Below are positions 24,688-38,890 of a stretch of DNA of 64,000 bases, one piece after another. The notes under the pieces were generated by a model. That model did not search any database. It saw only the letters and a program-made list of their open reading frames with translations, and was not told the DNA's origin. Numbering within the stretch: position 1 is the first letter of the stretch; each line of letters begins with the position of its first letter. The stretch comes from Felis catus (Eukaryota), in NCBI RefSeq assembly GCF_018350175.1, contig NC_058368.1, forward strand, positions 139,688,001 to 139,752,000, in the 5' to 3' direction. Position numbers and translations under genes: made by a program.

Positions 24688-26399
24688 GATTTGGTTTTAA
24701 TAGTGACCATATTATTAAAGAGCAAGTAAAGATTTAAATTGCTTATCACATAATGTTCACTAAATATTTAAAGATGAATGAAGTAAGTTTAGGTGGTTGA
24801 TGATTAAAGGGAAGCTGTAGGAACCACAATTAACAAGGCTGAGAAGAAAAGTAACTAACAGGTTAAAATTAATGAGAGACTAAAGAACCAAATTCCATCA
24901 TAGCTTTTTGTAAGGAACAAGTATCATTTGTTAAGAACCTACTCAATGTTAGACGTTGTTTTACATCTATTACATCTAGTATTCACAAAAATCTTGCAAA
25001 GTACACATTCTTATTTTACATATAAAGAAATTAATGTTCATAGAAGTTAAATAAGTTGACCAAAGTCAAGGTAATTAATAGTCTAGCTCAGACTTTGAAA
25101 CTCAGAGACTTATAATATACTTTCAATGTATATAAAATTGATTTTAGACTAAAAAAAAACCAAAAACAAAGACAACTATTATCCTGAAATGATTAAACAT
25201 TTGAGTATCTATTAGAGCCCAATTACATCCTAGTTTGTTGCATAGTTTTCTTTAGTTTGAAATTTTTCTTTTGAAGAAAATTCATCCACACACATTTTTT
25301 AAGCTGCAGTGGTGTATTATGTAGGCAGTTTTCAATTTTTTTTCTATCATGACTAAAGAGGTATGCTAGCAAGTCTGTTTTAAGTTTTTTTTTTTTTTTA
25401 ATGTTTGTTTATTTTTGAGAGAGAGAGCCAGGGAGCAAGAGAGAGGGAGGTGGACAGGCTCTATGTTGTCAGTGAAGAGCCGGATTCAGGGCTCGATCCT
25501 GTGAACCGTGAGATTGACCTGAGCCAAAGTCTGAATCTCAGCTGACTGAGCCACACAGGTGCCCCAGCAGGTCTGTGTCTTAATTATCCATAAATAATTT
25601 AAGTGATCTAATTTACAATCATTCTTTTGTCTAATGTTGATAAAGGAATTATATATTGCTTTAACTCTTAGTATATCATGAAAAATAGTCATGGGTGTCA
25701 TCATATTTTTTTATATTTTTGAGTAATTTTGAGAAGTAACAAGCAAGGGATAGTGGACAGTAACTTTATTAGGAATTGTAATAAATATTGAGACCTAGTA
25801 AACAAATTTTTATTCTATATTTTCCTGAAATGAGTAATGAATGTCCTTTGAAAGCAAGTAGCTGCTCATCAATGTCTATATACAATCCTGGGAACTATGC
25901 ATCCTATAAATAAAGATTCCAGATATTATATGCATCTTTAAATTGATTCTGGCTTATCATTATGTTTGGTTCTTTATCGTGGGCTTATAATATCAAAATG
26001 TAATAACGTTTGAAACTTTTTCAATAACTGTTGAAAACTTTGACATCTCATAATCTTTTTAGAGGGAAGTCATCCATATTCTTTCCTCCATAATTGTAAA
26101 ATATTTTCATTTTTATATTTATAAACACTATTTAGAAGTACAAGTCAAATAAGATTTTCATTTCTATATTTATTTCCTTCATCTATTTCCTTCCTGACTT
26201 TGCATACACATCTATCTTAGTCATTTGTTGACTTACAAACTGTGTTAAATAACTTTTAGTGCACAAATACCATAAAGGATGAAAGAACACTGCCATAGTC
26301 CTATTAGCAAGTTGGGATATTCCAAATTCTTGTTGCATAATACTGTGTGATGAAGACCTTCCCGTTGGATGACTAACTGGATAGGAATGCCATATTTGC

Positions 26400-26632
26400 T
26401 TTTTTTTTTTTTTTTTTTAAATTTTTTTTTTCAATGTTTATTTATTTTTGGGACAGAGAGAGAGCATGAATGGGGGAGGGGCAGAGAGAGAGGGAGACAC
26501 AGAATCGGAAGCAGGCTCCAGGCTCTGAGCCATCAGCCCAGAGCCCGACGCGGGGCTCGAACTCACGGACCGCGAGATCGTGACCTGGCTGAAGTCGGAC
26601 TCTTAACCGACTGCGCCACCCAGGCGCCCCCC
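26400..26632 (-). mobile_element. Young felid-type CAN-SINE
   Basis: CpG-intact body, long T tract, perfect TSD CCATATTTGCTTTT. Confidence 0.93.
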
Positions 26633-26661
26633 ATATTTGCTTTTCTTAAAAATTCATTGCT

Positions 26662-26862
26662 GGGGCACCTGGGTGGCTCACTTGGTTAAGTGTCCAACTT
26701 CTGCTCAGGTCATGATCTCTCAGTTACATGGGTTCGAGCCCTGCATCAGGCTCTGTGCTGATAGCTCAGAGCCTGGAGCCTGCTTCAGATTCTGTGTCTC
26801 CCTCTCTCTCTGCCCCTCCCATGCTCACACTATGTGTCTGTCGCTCTCAAAAATAAACAATA
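26662..26862 (+). mobile_element. CAN-SINE
   Basis: Head and CT tract; the tail abuts an L1. Confidence 0.9.
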
Positions 26863-26876
26863 CTTTTTTTTTTTTT

Positions 26877-27540
26877 CAAACTGGTGCAGCTGCTCTGGAA
26901 ACCAGTGTGAAGATTCCTCAATAATTTAAAAATAAAACTACCCTACCACCCAGCAATAGCACTATTAGGAATTTATCCAAGGGATACAGGAGTGCTGATT
27001 CATAGGGGCACATGTACCCCAATGTTTATAGCATCACTTTCAAAAATAGCCAAATTATGGAAAGAGCCTAAATGTCCATCAACTGATGAATGAATAAAGA
27101 AGATGTGGTTTATATGGAATACTATTTGGCAATGAGAAATAATGAAATCATGCCATTTATAGCAACATAGATGAAACTGGAAGGTATTATGCTGAGTGAA
27201 ATAAGTCAGAGAAGGACAGATACCATGGTTTCACTCATATGTGGATCTTGAGAAACTTAACAGAAGACCATGGGAGAAGGGAGGGGGGAAAATAGTTACA
27301 AACAGAGAGAGAGGGAGGCAAACCATAAGAGACTCTTAAATACAGAGAACAAACTGAGGGTGGATCAGAGGGGGTGGAGGAGGGGGAAAATGGATGATGG
27401 GCATTGAGAAGGGCACTTGTTGGGATGAGCACTGGGTGTTGCATGTAAGCGTTGAACCACGGGAATTACCCCAAAAAACGAGAGCACACTTTACATGCTG
27501 TATGTAGGCCAATTTGACAATAAATTATATTATAAAAAAA
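26877..27540 (+). mobile_element. 5'-truncated felid/carnivore L1 (ORF2 end and 3' UTR)
   Basis: Typical L1 ORF2 3' sequence (CCCAGCAATAGCACTATTAGGAATTTATCCAAGGGA), G-rich 3' UTR, AATAAA and A-tail. Closely similar to 63411-63777. Confidence 0.9.
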
Positions 27541-29265
27541 AGTTAAACCTACACAGAAGCAAGAAATGTATTATTAATTGTTGGATCAATTGTAGCAATA
27601 ATTAATAATTAAACTCAAAGATTAAGAACTAAAAAAATTTAAATAAAATAAAAATTAAAAAAGTTGTTTACTCATTGATTCTTAAGTTTGAGAAAATATC
27701 TATTTGAGTCATCTGAAAATTCATGATCTGAAATTTTGCTTGCATCAGTCAAGCAAAATAATGAGCAATTTCAGCATCATAGTCAAGAGTGCTGTAAGTT
27801 TCTTTGCATTCATCTTTTGATTTGTCTAATAATTGTGCTCAGTATGGGCAGAAAATGTAAAATTCAGAACTTTCAACTATGTTTAGCTTTTATTAAAAGC
27901 TTTCATCGTGAAAGTTTCTACCTCCCTCTCCCTCTTGCAAAAATGGTGTCTCTACTTCTCTTACGCTTTCTTTCAAAGATATAATATAGTGGGCAACACA
28001 ATTAGAAAACTGAAGTATGCTGTTATAGTGATGATTTATTTCACTACCAGGTCATCTCTAGGTGATTCCATTATTTCATTTTCTTATGATTTTACCTATT
28101 AGCATAAGTTGTGAATAATGATTAAATAATTCCTAGGATAATGAAGTAGCAAAATACTCAAGATACAGGAAAATAAGATCCCTAAAATAACATAATGCAT
28201 TTTCCATTTCTAAAGGGATCACTATAATATATCTTCAGTTTATAAAAGCATCAAGTGAACTTTATTGTGTTAAAAAATGAATATTTAGTTCTTCAGAAGG
28301 TTTCTAAGTTCTTTTTCTTTGGAAGATAGGAAATACCAGTGCTGATAATAAATTTCAAAGAAGAAATTCAAAAACTGAAGCTGGGTCTAATAGATCCTTG
28401 TATACTAGAGGTTAATATAACTTTGTTCCTTAATTTATATTATAACTGAACACAAACTAGTTTGTATTTCTTTCTCCTATCTCAAGTGAAAGTGTTAACC
28501 ATTGTAATTCCAAAATAATAATAATTTGACCAAGTGAGGCATTCATCTTAAAAATCAAAGTACATATTGTTAAATTAGTTCATTTATCTTTATCCAATCC
28601 AGTGAATTTTTGCATTAAAAAATAGATGTATAAAGTATAAAATTTGATATATAAAAAATCATTTATAAAGTTTATAATATTTTCCCACTGAGAATAGTTA
28701 ATTTTTATACATAAGAAAAGCATGGCTACTATGGCATCCCACCATAACAAGCATTTAATGATAGAACCACACTTTATAAATCATGATCTGAGAGAATTAT
28801 CAAAAACCAAAGTGAAGTCAAGAGGATCAGTGCCCTCCATGTAGTAATATTTACTTTTGCCCTGAAGCAGACATGTGAAAAGATGTGTGAAGTGAAGAAA
28901 TGCTAGTAAATTCCAGAGATGAAGGCCTTTTCCAAAAATACCCCTGTTTCTTTCTACTGATTATTGCTAGTTTTTTTTATGGAATAAGAACCCAAACTAT
29001 TTTGTGATTAACATTAGTGTATGATACTGTAGACAGAAGTTAAATAGGTGTGTAATTTAAACATTTTGTTAGTGATATTCTTGAAAAAAGGGTTGGGAAT
29101 TTTTTAAGCCATGGAAAGTATTTTTTTCCTTCCTCATTAACGGGGTATTTTAGGGAAAAAAATGTAAATATATGCAGTATAGGGGTGGAAGAGGATGAGG
29201 AAGGCAGTGCTGCTGTATATCAAGGGACAGAGAAAATCTTTCAGATATTTAAAACGGCAGATGAA

Positions 29266-29460
29266 GGGGCACCTGGGTGGCTCAGTCGGTTAAGCGTCCG
29301 ACTTCGGCTCAGGTCATGATCTTACGGCTCGTGAGTTCAAGCCCCGCGTCGGGTTCTGTGGTGATTGCTGGGAGCTTGGAGCCTGCTTTGGATTCTGTGT
29401 CTCCTCTCTCCCTCAAGAATAAATAAATGTTTTTTTAAAAATAAATAAAAAATAAAAGGG
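29266..29460 (+). mobile_element. CAN-SINE
   Basis: Head and tail; approximate TSD AAA.GGCA.ATGAAG. Confidence 0.88.
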
Positions 29461-30914
29461 CACATGAAGAAGCAGGCGTAAGGGAAAGTGTTCACAGAAA
29501 ATACAGGAACCTGGTCTAGCTCTGTCCTTTGAAGGAAGAGATGTGCCTGGACACATCATGGCCAAACTGATGAAAACCAAAAATTAGGAGAAAAATTTGA
29601 ACGCAGTCAGAAAAGGCACATTACATAGAAAGAACAACAATTTGAACTATCATGATCTTAACAAATAATGGAGGCTGGAAAACTGTGAAGCTATATCTTT
29701 AAAGTACTGAAAGAAAAAAAGCCTGTCAATTCTATACCTGATGGAAATACCTTTCAAGAATAAAGATAAAATAAATCTGCTGGCATACTGATTAGGAATG
29801 TAGGCTCTGGAGGAGCGCCTGAGGCTGAGTGTCCAACTCTTAATCTTGGCTCAGGTCATGATCTCACTGTACATGAGCCCGAGCCCCGCATCAGGCTCTG
29901 CACTGATGGTGAGGAGCCTTCTTGGGATTCTCTCTCCCCCCCCCCACCCCCTGTCTCTTTCTGCCCCTCTCCTGCTCACTTGCTCTCAAAATAAATAAAA
30001 CATTTTTAAAATTGTAGGCTCTGGAGACAGAATCTTGGATTTGAATTTCAGCTTGGACGCCTCTGGTGATCATGGATGAATTACATAAATTCTCTAAAGT
30101 TCAGTCTCCTTATGTATTTTACTAACATATATACTTTATTGGGATAACACCTAAATTAGTAAGTAATTGAGAAAAATAAATGAGAGAATGCTTTTTAAGC
30201 CCTTAGTACCTGCTTGACATATGTTAAGTTGTTAGAAAGTGTTAGTTACCATTTATTCATATGTATTTTTAGGTAGTGTAGCCAACCTTTATGGAATTTT
30301 ATGCTTTCTATTTTTATCCCTCCCCCCACCCCAGCTTTAGAGAAGTTGGCTACATCTTGAAAAAGGAAGAAACCGTTAACAATATTGAAAATGAGAAATC
30401 ACTTTTGCTGCTACTTTGACTTGTACAAAGACAAGATTTAGGAAGCTCTCATTTTCAGAGAAAATTCTTATAAATAATGCTTTCCCTTTATTTTCTGCAT
30501 AGCAATGCATAGGCAGAAATATAGGGCGTTTTTGATCATTGATTTTTACGGAAATTATTACATAAGGCAATCCCTGGTAGAAATGAACTCTTTGTTTTAG
30601 TTGCCATGATTATTGAAGATATTACACTTTGGATCACTAAGAAGATCTGCAGTTGATCTCCGAATGTATTTTAGTAAAGTATGAATGGACATCATATTTT
30701 TATAGTTTCATTTTAGTTTCCTTGTTTCATATTCTTCATTTGAAGATTTCTTAGGCTTTTAGAGAGTATTCAAAATAATGATGTCATTTAAAAATAAGTT
30801 TAGACCATAAATTGTGTTTTCTATTACAGTAATAAATGATATTTTATCTATTATTTATGCCACTTTCACATTACTTCCATGAAATCTATAAAAAACCTGT
30901 CCCTCCCCCTCCCT

Positions 30915-31326
30915 TTTTTTTCAATTTTAGCGGGAAGGAAAGCGAGCAGGGGAGAGGAGCAGAGGCAGGGAGAATCTTAAGCAGGCTCCATGCTAAGCAT
31001 GGACCCTGACCCAGGGCTTGATCCTGTGACTCTGGGGTCATGACCTGAGCCAAAATCAAGAGGTGGACGCTCAACCGACTGAGCCACCCAAGCGCCCTTG
31101 TTCCTTTTTTTTTTTTTTTTTTAATTTTTTGAATGTTTATTTATTTTTGAGAGGGGGGGGGGGAGCAGGGGAGGGGCAGAGGGAGAGGGAGACACAGAAG
31201 CCAAAGCAGGCTCCAGGCTCTGAGCTGTCAGCACAGAGCCCTACATGGGGACTGAACTCACAAACCGCAAGATCATGATCTGAGCCAAAGTTGGATATAT
31301 AACCAACTAAGCCACCCAGGCACCTC
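30915..31326 (-). mobile_element. Two tandem CAN-SINEs
   Basis: Copies at about 30915-31097 and 31105-31326. Confidence 0.9.
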
Positions 31327-31949
31327 TGTGTTCCTTCTTTTTGATAAGATTTCAATAATTTTGTTTTACCTTCTTTGTATTTATAATGTAATGGCTAAGT
31401 GTGAATGTTTTGATACTAGACCTGAAATATAGTCTCAAATCTACCAATTATTAACTGTTTGACCTTATCTAAGGTACATGTAAGTCTACACCTTAGTTTC
31501 CTCATCTCTTAAATAGGATTATACATGTAAAACACTGTAAGATCCAAATATTACTTTTTATATTACTGCATTTAAAAAGACTTAACGGAGTGGTTAGCAT
31601 ATTCTGTTCTGTATATTAACCTGCCCATCATTCATTCATTCAGCATATAGTTATTAAGTAACAGGCTCAGTGGCCTACCACTATACCAGGTTTTGCCCTC
31701 TTGAAATTTATATTTTGGTTGTACTAAGTGCTGCAAAGAAACACTGTCTTATTTTTTCTTGCACAAATTCCAGGAGAAAAAGGTATTTGGCATAGAAGTT
31801 ATTCAGTTGATCCATTTATTAGTATATTTAGATTATTCACTTTTATTCAAATGAAACATTACTAATCTTTAAGATACAACTTTTTTGTAACACTGTTACT
31901 TACACTTTGATCTATGTACCAGTGCTAATCCATAATGAGATAATTACAG

Positions 31950-32290
31950 AATTTGAGAGTCAACTATAAATTTATTATCTCACAGTTTTGGTGGATCAAG
32001 GATCCCAACATGGCTTTAACTGGATGTCTCTGGATCATGAGGTTGCAGTCAAGCTGTTGTCTAGGGCTGCAGTCTTATCTGAAGACAACTGGAAAAGGTT
32101 CCACTTCCAAGCTCACTTACATGACCTGTCAGAGCTGCCTCAGAAAGCAGCTGACTTCCCCAGAGTGGGTAATCCAGGTTGAGAATGAGAGCATTCAAGA
32201 TGGAAGTCACATTTTTTTTATAACCCATTTTTGTATATGATATCCCATCCCTTTTGCTGTGTTCTATTTGTTAAGAAGTGAGTCATTTAA
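31950..32290 (-). mobile_element. LTR fragment (MaLR/ERV-like)
   Basis: TTTATTATCTCACAGTTTT...GAGGTTGCAGTCAAGCTGTT...CCACTTCCAAGCTCACT. Confidence 0.6.
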
Positions 32291-33114
32291 TTACATATTA
32301 TAGTATTTATTTGTTGTACCTTTTTCTTTATTTTCCTAGCATCTGTGAAGTATTTTTAAAGGTAAGTTAGTAGCATCAAGAAATGTATATTTCATTTGTA
32401 GATTAAATTTTGCTTCTTAGTATATTTGGCATTATAGAAATGAATAATTCATATGCTAGAAGCTACTGTCAACATATGACCAGTTTTCATAAGGCTGTAT
32501 ACTATAGGCAGATTTAATAAGAGGATCAGAATTAACTATAATAACTTATTGGCATTGGGAATGTGGTTTTGGCAAAAATATTAACTGACAAAGTTTTACA
32601 AATATGCTAAAGCTATTATGGTTTAAAGTTTTGAAATCGCAGAAATTTAAGTTCTTAACTTTAATAGTGATGAATACTTTATTTTAACGTTTTAAAAATG
32701 GTAGTCACATAGTGAGAATCCAGATTTTAAGTCCCAAAACTAGGTTGCTATTATTCTTAGCTTCAAGCCTTTCAGTAAAGGCTATATGGTTCTAATCTCT
32801 TCTTAAATAAGTGAATTTCAGAGTCTAATTTGACTCCCACACGTTTGAGGCATGGTCAGGAAGAAAAAAGCATTTCCAATAAATACTAGATTAGAAATTT
32901 AAAAAAAAATACGTCCACGAGGAAACCAAAGCATGGAATTCATTTCCCTTTTCTAAGTAAAATTATGGTGTCCTCCAGAGGCCGATGTATCTTGCTTACC
33001 TGTGAAGGTTATATAATACAAGTGAATTTTTAGATTGAGGAATTAGATTAAGGGATTAAAATCTGATTATATAAACATTTAGCATATATTTATATTTTTT
33101 TAAGTGTGCATGTT

Positions 33115-33645
33115 CTTTTTTTTTAATTTTTAAATGTTTTTATTTATTTTTGACAGAGAGAGAGAGAGACAGAGCATGAGTGGGGGAGGGGCAGAGAGAG
33201 AGGGAGACACAGAATTGAAAGCAGGCTCCAGGCTCCGAGCTGTCAGCACAGAGCCCGACACGGGGCTCGAATTCATGGACTGCGAGATCATGACCTGAGC
33301 CGAAGTGAGACATTCAACCGACTGAGCCACCCAGGCGCCCCCAAAATGTGCATGTTCTAAAGTAGAGTTCTAAAGATTATTTTGGGAATATTCTGGGATT
33401 TAATTTATAATTTTACTCTGAAGGGGCACCTGGGTGACTTTGTTGAGTGCCCAACTTCAGCTCAAGTCATGAACCAGCAGTTCATGAGTTCAAGCCCCAC
33501 CTTGGACTCACTGCTGTCAGCCTGTCAGTGCAGACCTTACTTTGGAACTTCTTTACCCCTCTATCTCCCCCTCTTTCTTTCTCCTCTGCTTGTGCTCTCC
33601 CCAAAATAAATAAATATAAAAAAATTTTTAGAGGTAAAAAAAAGT
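33115..33645. mobile_element. Head-to-head CAN-SINE pair
   Basis: Minus copy 33115-33342 and plus copy 33423-33645. Confidence 0.9.
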
Positions 33646-34073
33646 AAAATTTTATTCTGAAACTTGATTTATTCTTAGAAGTTTATTAATGTAATTTTTT
33701 ACATTAAAAATTATTTGTCAAGCTTCATTAATAGGAAGCATTTCTGTGCATATTGTAGATAGTCTATATGTGATTTTTATTAGTCATGTCAAACATATGA
33801 TGAGAGTTTATTCATACAGTTAAGTATGATACTAAGTATTAGGCATTAATGTTGAAATTTCATATGTGTCTAGACTTGCTTATCTTAATATTGTCTTCAT
33901 TGACTTGAAGTAAACTGAAATGTAACTCCTAGTACCTTGATTTGAATATTAGGATCATGTCAGTGGTAAAGCCTTAAACACCATGAAGAATATTCTCTTG
34001 TTGGTTCACTAAATATCACAAGATCCAAGCGGTGGGTGCCATTTGTTCTTTTGAGTTCCCTAAACTCGGGTGG

Positions 34074-34074
<1 letters not shown>

Positions 34075-34123
<49 letters not shown>
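34075..34123. repeat. (TG)n microsatellite
   Basis: Uninterrupted TG run of about 24 units. Confidence 0.95.
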
Positions 34124-34125
<2 letters not shown>

Positions 34126-35847
34126 TTTTTTTCACTTGTCATTTATTTAGTCATGAACATTTTTTTTGTTTTTTTTCTATGATTTCTCAATCAATTACAT
34201 GCCCGTATTTGCAGCCACATTGATCACATTGTAGAGAAATAAATAAGAATGAAAGTGAGAGGAGAGAAACCACATTTATTGCATGCTTACTTAGTATGTG
34301 TTTACTTTGCTAGGGACCCTTACATATCACATACTTAATCATCAACAACCCCTGGAAGTAAGTTTCACAGAATAGGATACCAAGATTCATACACTTTGAA
34401 ATCATATAAATTTCCCGGGAAGACACAACTAGTTAAGTTTTAGAGTTGACATTTCAGTCCAGGTCTATCTGGCTTCAAAGCATATACTTTTTGCACTATA
34501 TCAAAATGTCTCTTAGCACTGAACTCTTTTCATTAAGTACTGTACATTAAAATAAGCAGTATATTTAGATCTCATTAAGAAAAAATAGGTAACAGTTAAT
34601 CTGGACTGCTTTTTCCCTTTATTAACAAGAGTTAATAGCTCTTGTTAGCTAAAATAAATCACCTATTATGTAACAGATGATAGTGTAATAAATTATTCTA
34701 TGTCAATGTTTTGCAACTTTTTCTAACCTATATTCCCTTTCATAGACCTTACTTTTTAATGTTATTTGAACCTGCAAAACAATTGTTACTAAAAACAAAT
34801 CATTATTTCTCCTTCCCCTCCAGTTACAGCATATAACTCTGGGAAGGGATGAGAAATCATCTCATCAATTAAGAATAATTATTTTTGCTGATTTGGATAT
34901 AAATTCCAGATACTGTTGTTTGGTATCAGATATTCTTTATATATCCTATCTATTTAAATGTATTTTTATAACATTTGTTATAACATTTGTTAATAGTCAT
35001 TAACAAATGGATTGTTACTGTTTTAAAATGAAAGTCCTTTTAACAGTATGATCTAACAGAAGTCAGGTTATATGGAGTTTTTGATTTATTAGGTTTAGGG
35101 GAAAGTGTGTTTTAAATCATTTTGGGTTAATTACTCCAAAATCACAACTTCTTGCTGATATTATTTCCTCATGTTTGGCAAATCTTGGAATAGTATTTTC
35201 TGGATGTTTAGTTTTTTGTTTATGGTTTTCAGGAATATATAAGATCAGGCAGAAAACATAATAAGAATGATTTTCAGAGCCTGGCTTCATATGGAAACCA
35301 CCTTTTAAAATTCATCAGTAGTAAACAACTATTTGATTGCACAACAGTGTGAATGTACTTAACACTACTGAGCTGTAAACTTACAAAATGCTTAAGATGG
35401 TAAATTTTATGTTATATGTTTATTTTTACAATTACAATAAAATAAAAAGAAACATAGCAATTGTTATCTGAACACTGCTAGTGCAGTCTTGGAGTTGATA
35501 GCAATTTCAGTACATATCAGTGTTCGCTCCGATGCTTCTAGGTAGTTTGAATCAAAAAAGTGGAGATCACTATTAACTTTCCCTTTTCTGTAAGCTGCCT
35601 GTTTATTCTTTTACATTAGTGATAGAATATATATGATGAAATTCTAGGAGAGCTGCATAGCACCCATAGAACAAAGATTTAAGGAAAAATCTGAGGTTTT
35701 ACTTAAGATATCTTTTGAAGAATATTATGTTGCTACAATGTTTTAAATACCTGTGGTAGATTAGTTAGAGCTATAGGAAACTGAAACAATCAGCAGCAAT
35801 GGATCAAGAAATAATATGGAGAATATATCAAGAAAACACTGGAACAT

Positions 35848-36075
35848 GGGGCGCCTGGGTGGCTCAGTCGATTGAGCGTCCGACTTCAGCTCGGGTCATG
35901 ATCTCACAGTCTGTGAGTTCGACCCCCGCGTCGGGCTCTGTGCTGACAGCTCAGAGCCCGGGGCCTGTTTCAGATTCTGTGTCTCCCTCTCTCTCTGACC
36001 CTCCCCCATTCATGCTCTGTCTCTCTCTGTCTCAAGAATAAATAAACGTTAAGAAAAAGAAATTTAAAAAAAAGA
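35848..36075 (+). mobile_element. CAN-SINE
   Basis: Perfect TSD AAGAAAACACTGGAACA. Confidence 0.93.
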
Positions 36076-36204
36076 AAACACTGGAACAATGTGGCAGGGG
36101 GTAAGTGAAAGGATAATTTTTCCAGGATAGGAAAATAATACTTTGTACACCTTTTTCTGTTATTAAATATTTTCCTTCCTATAATGTAGGATGTAATATA
36201 TCAT

Positions 36205-36267
36205 TTCTTTTTTTTTTTTAATGTTTACTTATTTATTTTGAGAGAGAAAGATTGCAAGCTGGGGAGG

Positions 36268-36313
<46 letters not shown>

Positions 36314-37720
36314 GGAGAGAGAATCCCAAGCAGGCTCCACACTGTGAACACAGAGCCTGACCCAGGGCTCCATCCCACAAACTGCAAAATCATGACCTGA
36401 GCTGAAATCAAGAGTTGAACACGTAAGCAACTGAGCCACCTACGTGTCCCAGAGAGCCATTTAAAGTAGTATTAAATTTCACTTCCACAAAAATATGGAA
36501 AATACTTTGTAATCATAATTTTTGTGCATCTCTTGTGAATATTATGTGATCATCTCTGCTGGGAGCTAGCTCTCTCTTTCAATTTATGGATTTCTAAAGT
36601 AAGAACTAATGGGGAGAATAGAGATAACCAGGACTAATGAGAGATTCTAGAAATTTGAGAATAACAAATACTAAGCAATAAAAACAAAAGTAGGCTCACC
36701 ACAGAGACATAAATGATAGTACTAAAAGGAACTCACAGGAATTAAAATATACTGAAACTTAGTATGTTTTATTAACTCTCTCCAATAATTTTTTGTACAT
36801 TTAGATATAACTGGAAAGTAATCACAAAAATTAAATTTAACAAGGCAACTTAATTTCCCAAAGAATAAATATAAACTAGAATCTTTGAATATTAATGGAA
36901 CATAGCAAGTAAACTCAAACATGTAAATTCAAAATATTGTTTAAAAAATTTTTTTAATATTTATTTATTTCAGAAAGAGAAAGAGTACAAGCAGGGGAGG
37001 GGCAGAGAGAGAAGGAGACACAGAATCCAAAGCAGGCTGCAGGCTCTGAGCTGTCATCTCAGAGCCCGGCGCGGGGCTCAAACTCATGAACCGTGAGATC
37101 ATGACTTTAGCTGAAATCAAACACTTAACCATCTGAGCTACCTAGGCACCCCTAAATTCAGAATATTCTTATATTGTAATACACGTCCCCAAAGTTTTAA
37201 TAAATTAATATAACTATCAAATACCTTAGGAAAATAAGGCTTATAAAATGGAAGGTTGTTTAACTCATATAGCTGTCCTTACATATTTAATATTGAAATA
37301 AGGGAAAATTACAAGAATTTTATGGGTGCCTTAAGAGTGACTGCATGGCTTACTTGGTTAAGTGTATGACTCTTGGTTTTGGCTCAGGTGATGATCTTGC
37401 AGTAAGTGGGTTTGAACCCTGTGTCAGATTGTGCATCAGCCTGCTTGGGATTCTCTGTCTTCCTCTCTCTCTGCCCCTCCTCTCTCTGAAAAAGGGGAGC
37501 CTGGGTGGTTCAGTTGGCTGAGTGTCTGACTCTTGATTTCAGCTCAGGTCATGATCTCACAGTTTCATGAGTTTGAGCCCCACATCAGGGTCTGTACTGA
37601 CAGTGTGGAGCTTGCTTGGGATTCTCCCTCCCTCTTTCTTTCTGCCTTTCCCCTGCTCAAACGTTCTCTCTCTCTCTTTCTCAAAATAAATAAACAAATA
37701 AATAAACATTAAAAAAGAAA
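36205..37720. mobile_element. Cluster of four CAN-SINEs
   Basis: Minus copies 36205-36450 and 36945-37152; plus copies about 37335-37490 and 37494-37720. Confidence 0.85.
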
Positions 37721-37869
37721 TTATAAACTTATTAACTCCAGAAAAGTAGTTTTTCTCACAGTCTTTTAATATAACTATGTAACCTTGCTATGTGAATAAA
37801 AGGACGAGAAAATGATATTAAAATGATATAAAATGATATAAAATGAGAAAATGATAAAAAAAAATGACT

Positions 37870-38890
37870 GAGTTCAGTCATTCCACAGATTATTTTTTGA
37901 GCCCCTGCTCTGTGTCAAGCACTGTTTGAGGCATTTGGGATATATTAGGTAAACAAAAACAAAAATCAAAGTACCCTGTCCTCTTGGAGCGTCCATATTC
38001 ACAGGAGAGATGGATAAAAAGCATAATAAGTATGTAAATTTATGTTTATTATGTTAGGAAATGGTAAGAGTTATGAAAAACATGGGGCATTGGGGAGAAG
38101 GGGTGGGAGGTACTAATGAGGTTGAAATTTAAATAAGGAGGTCAGGGTAGCCCCTCACTGAGAAGGTAACATTTAAGCAAGACTTGAAAGAGTTTAGTCA
38201 ATAGGGTATCTAGCTGAAGAATCCTAAAGGGGAAGGGAATAGCCAGGGCAAAAAGTTTCAAGGTTAGAATATACTGACCAGATTTGAGGAATAGCAAAGA
38301 GATCAGTGTGGCTGGAGAGTAGTGAGCAACGGGGAGAGTATTAGACAGGTATGAGGGTTGACAGGTAATTGGGATCCAGATTCTGTTGGGACTTTGCTTT
38401 TATTCTGGAGTAAGATGGGATGCCATTGTACAGTTTTCAGCAAAGGAGTGATTGTGACCTACCTTGTGATTTAGAAGAATCGTTTCAGCTACTGTGTTGA
38501 TAATTGATTGCATGGAGGGCAGAAACAGACTATTTAAGAGGCTATTACATTAATCCAGGCAAGAGATAATGGTGGTTCAGACTAGAGTGAAAGAAATGAC
38601 AGCATTGAGAAGTGGTTAAATTCAGAGTATGTTTTGAAAGCAGAGTCCATAGTGTTTGCCAACAATTTGGATGTGTGGTGTATGAGAAAGAGTGAGGTTA
38701 AGTATGACTACAAGATTCTTTGCATGAGGAATTGGAAGCAATTGGAGGGTTGCCCTGAACTGAGATGAGGAAGGCTGCATGCAAGTGGAACTGGTTTGAG
38801 TGATGGAGGCAGATGAGAAGATTAGTTTTGGACATGTTAAATTTAGGATACCAGACGGGCATTTGGACTGCAGCTATAAACTTGGAACTT
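37870..38890 (-). mobile_element. L2 fragment
   Basis: L2 3' end in antisense (CATTCCACAGATTATTTTTTGAGCCCCTGCTCTGTGTCAAGCACTG), followed by purine-rich L2 body motifs (GGACTTTGCTTTTATTCT, TTTTGGACATGTTAAATTT). Confidence 0.8.

Noticed and set aside
34984..35009. Perfect 11-bp hairpin CATTTGTTAAT-AGTC-ATTAACAAATG
   Set aside because: Short, AT-rich and adjacent to a small tandem duplication; no support for function.
35848..35935. tRNA-like A/B boxes
   Set aside because: These are SINE heads followed by a CT tract, A-tail and TSD, not tRNA genes.
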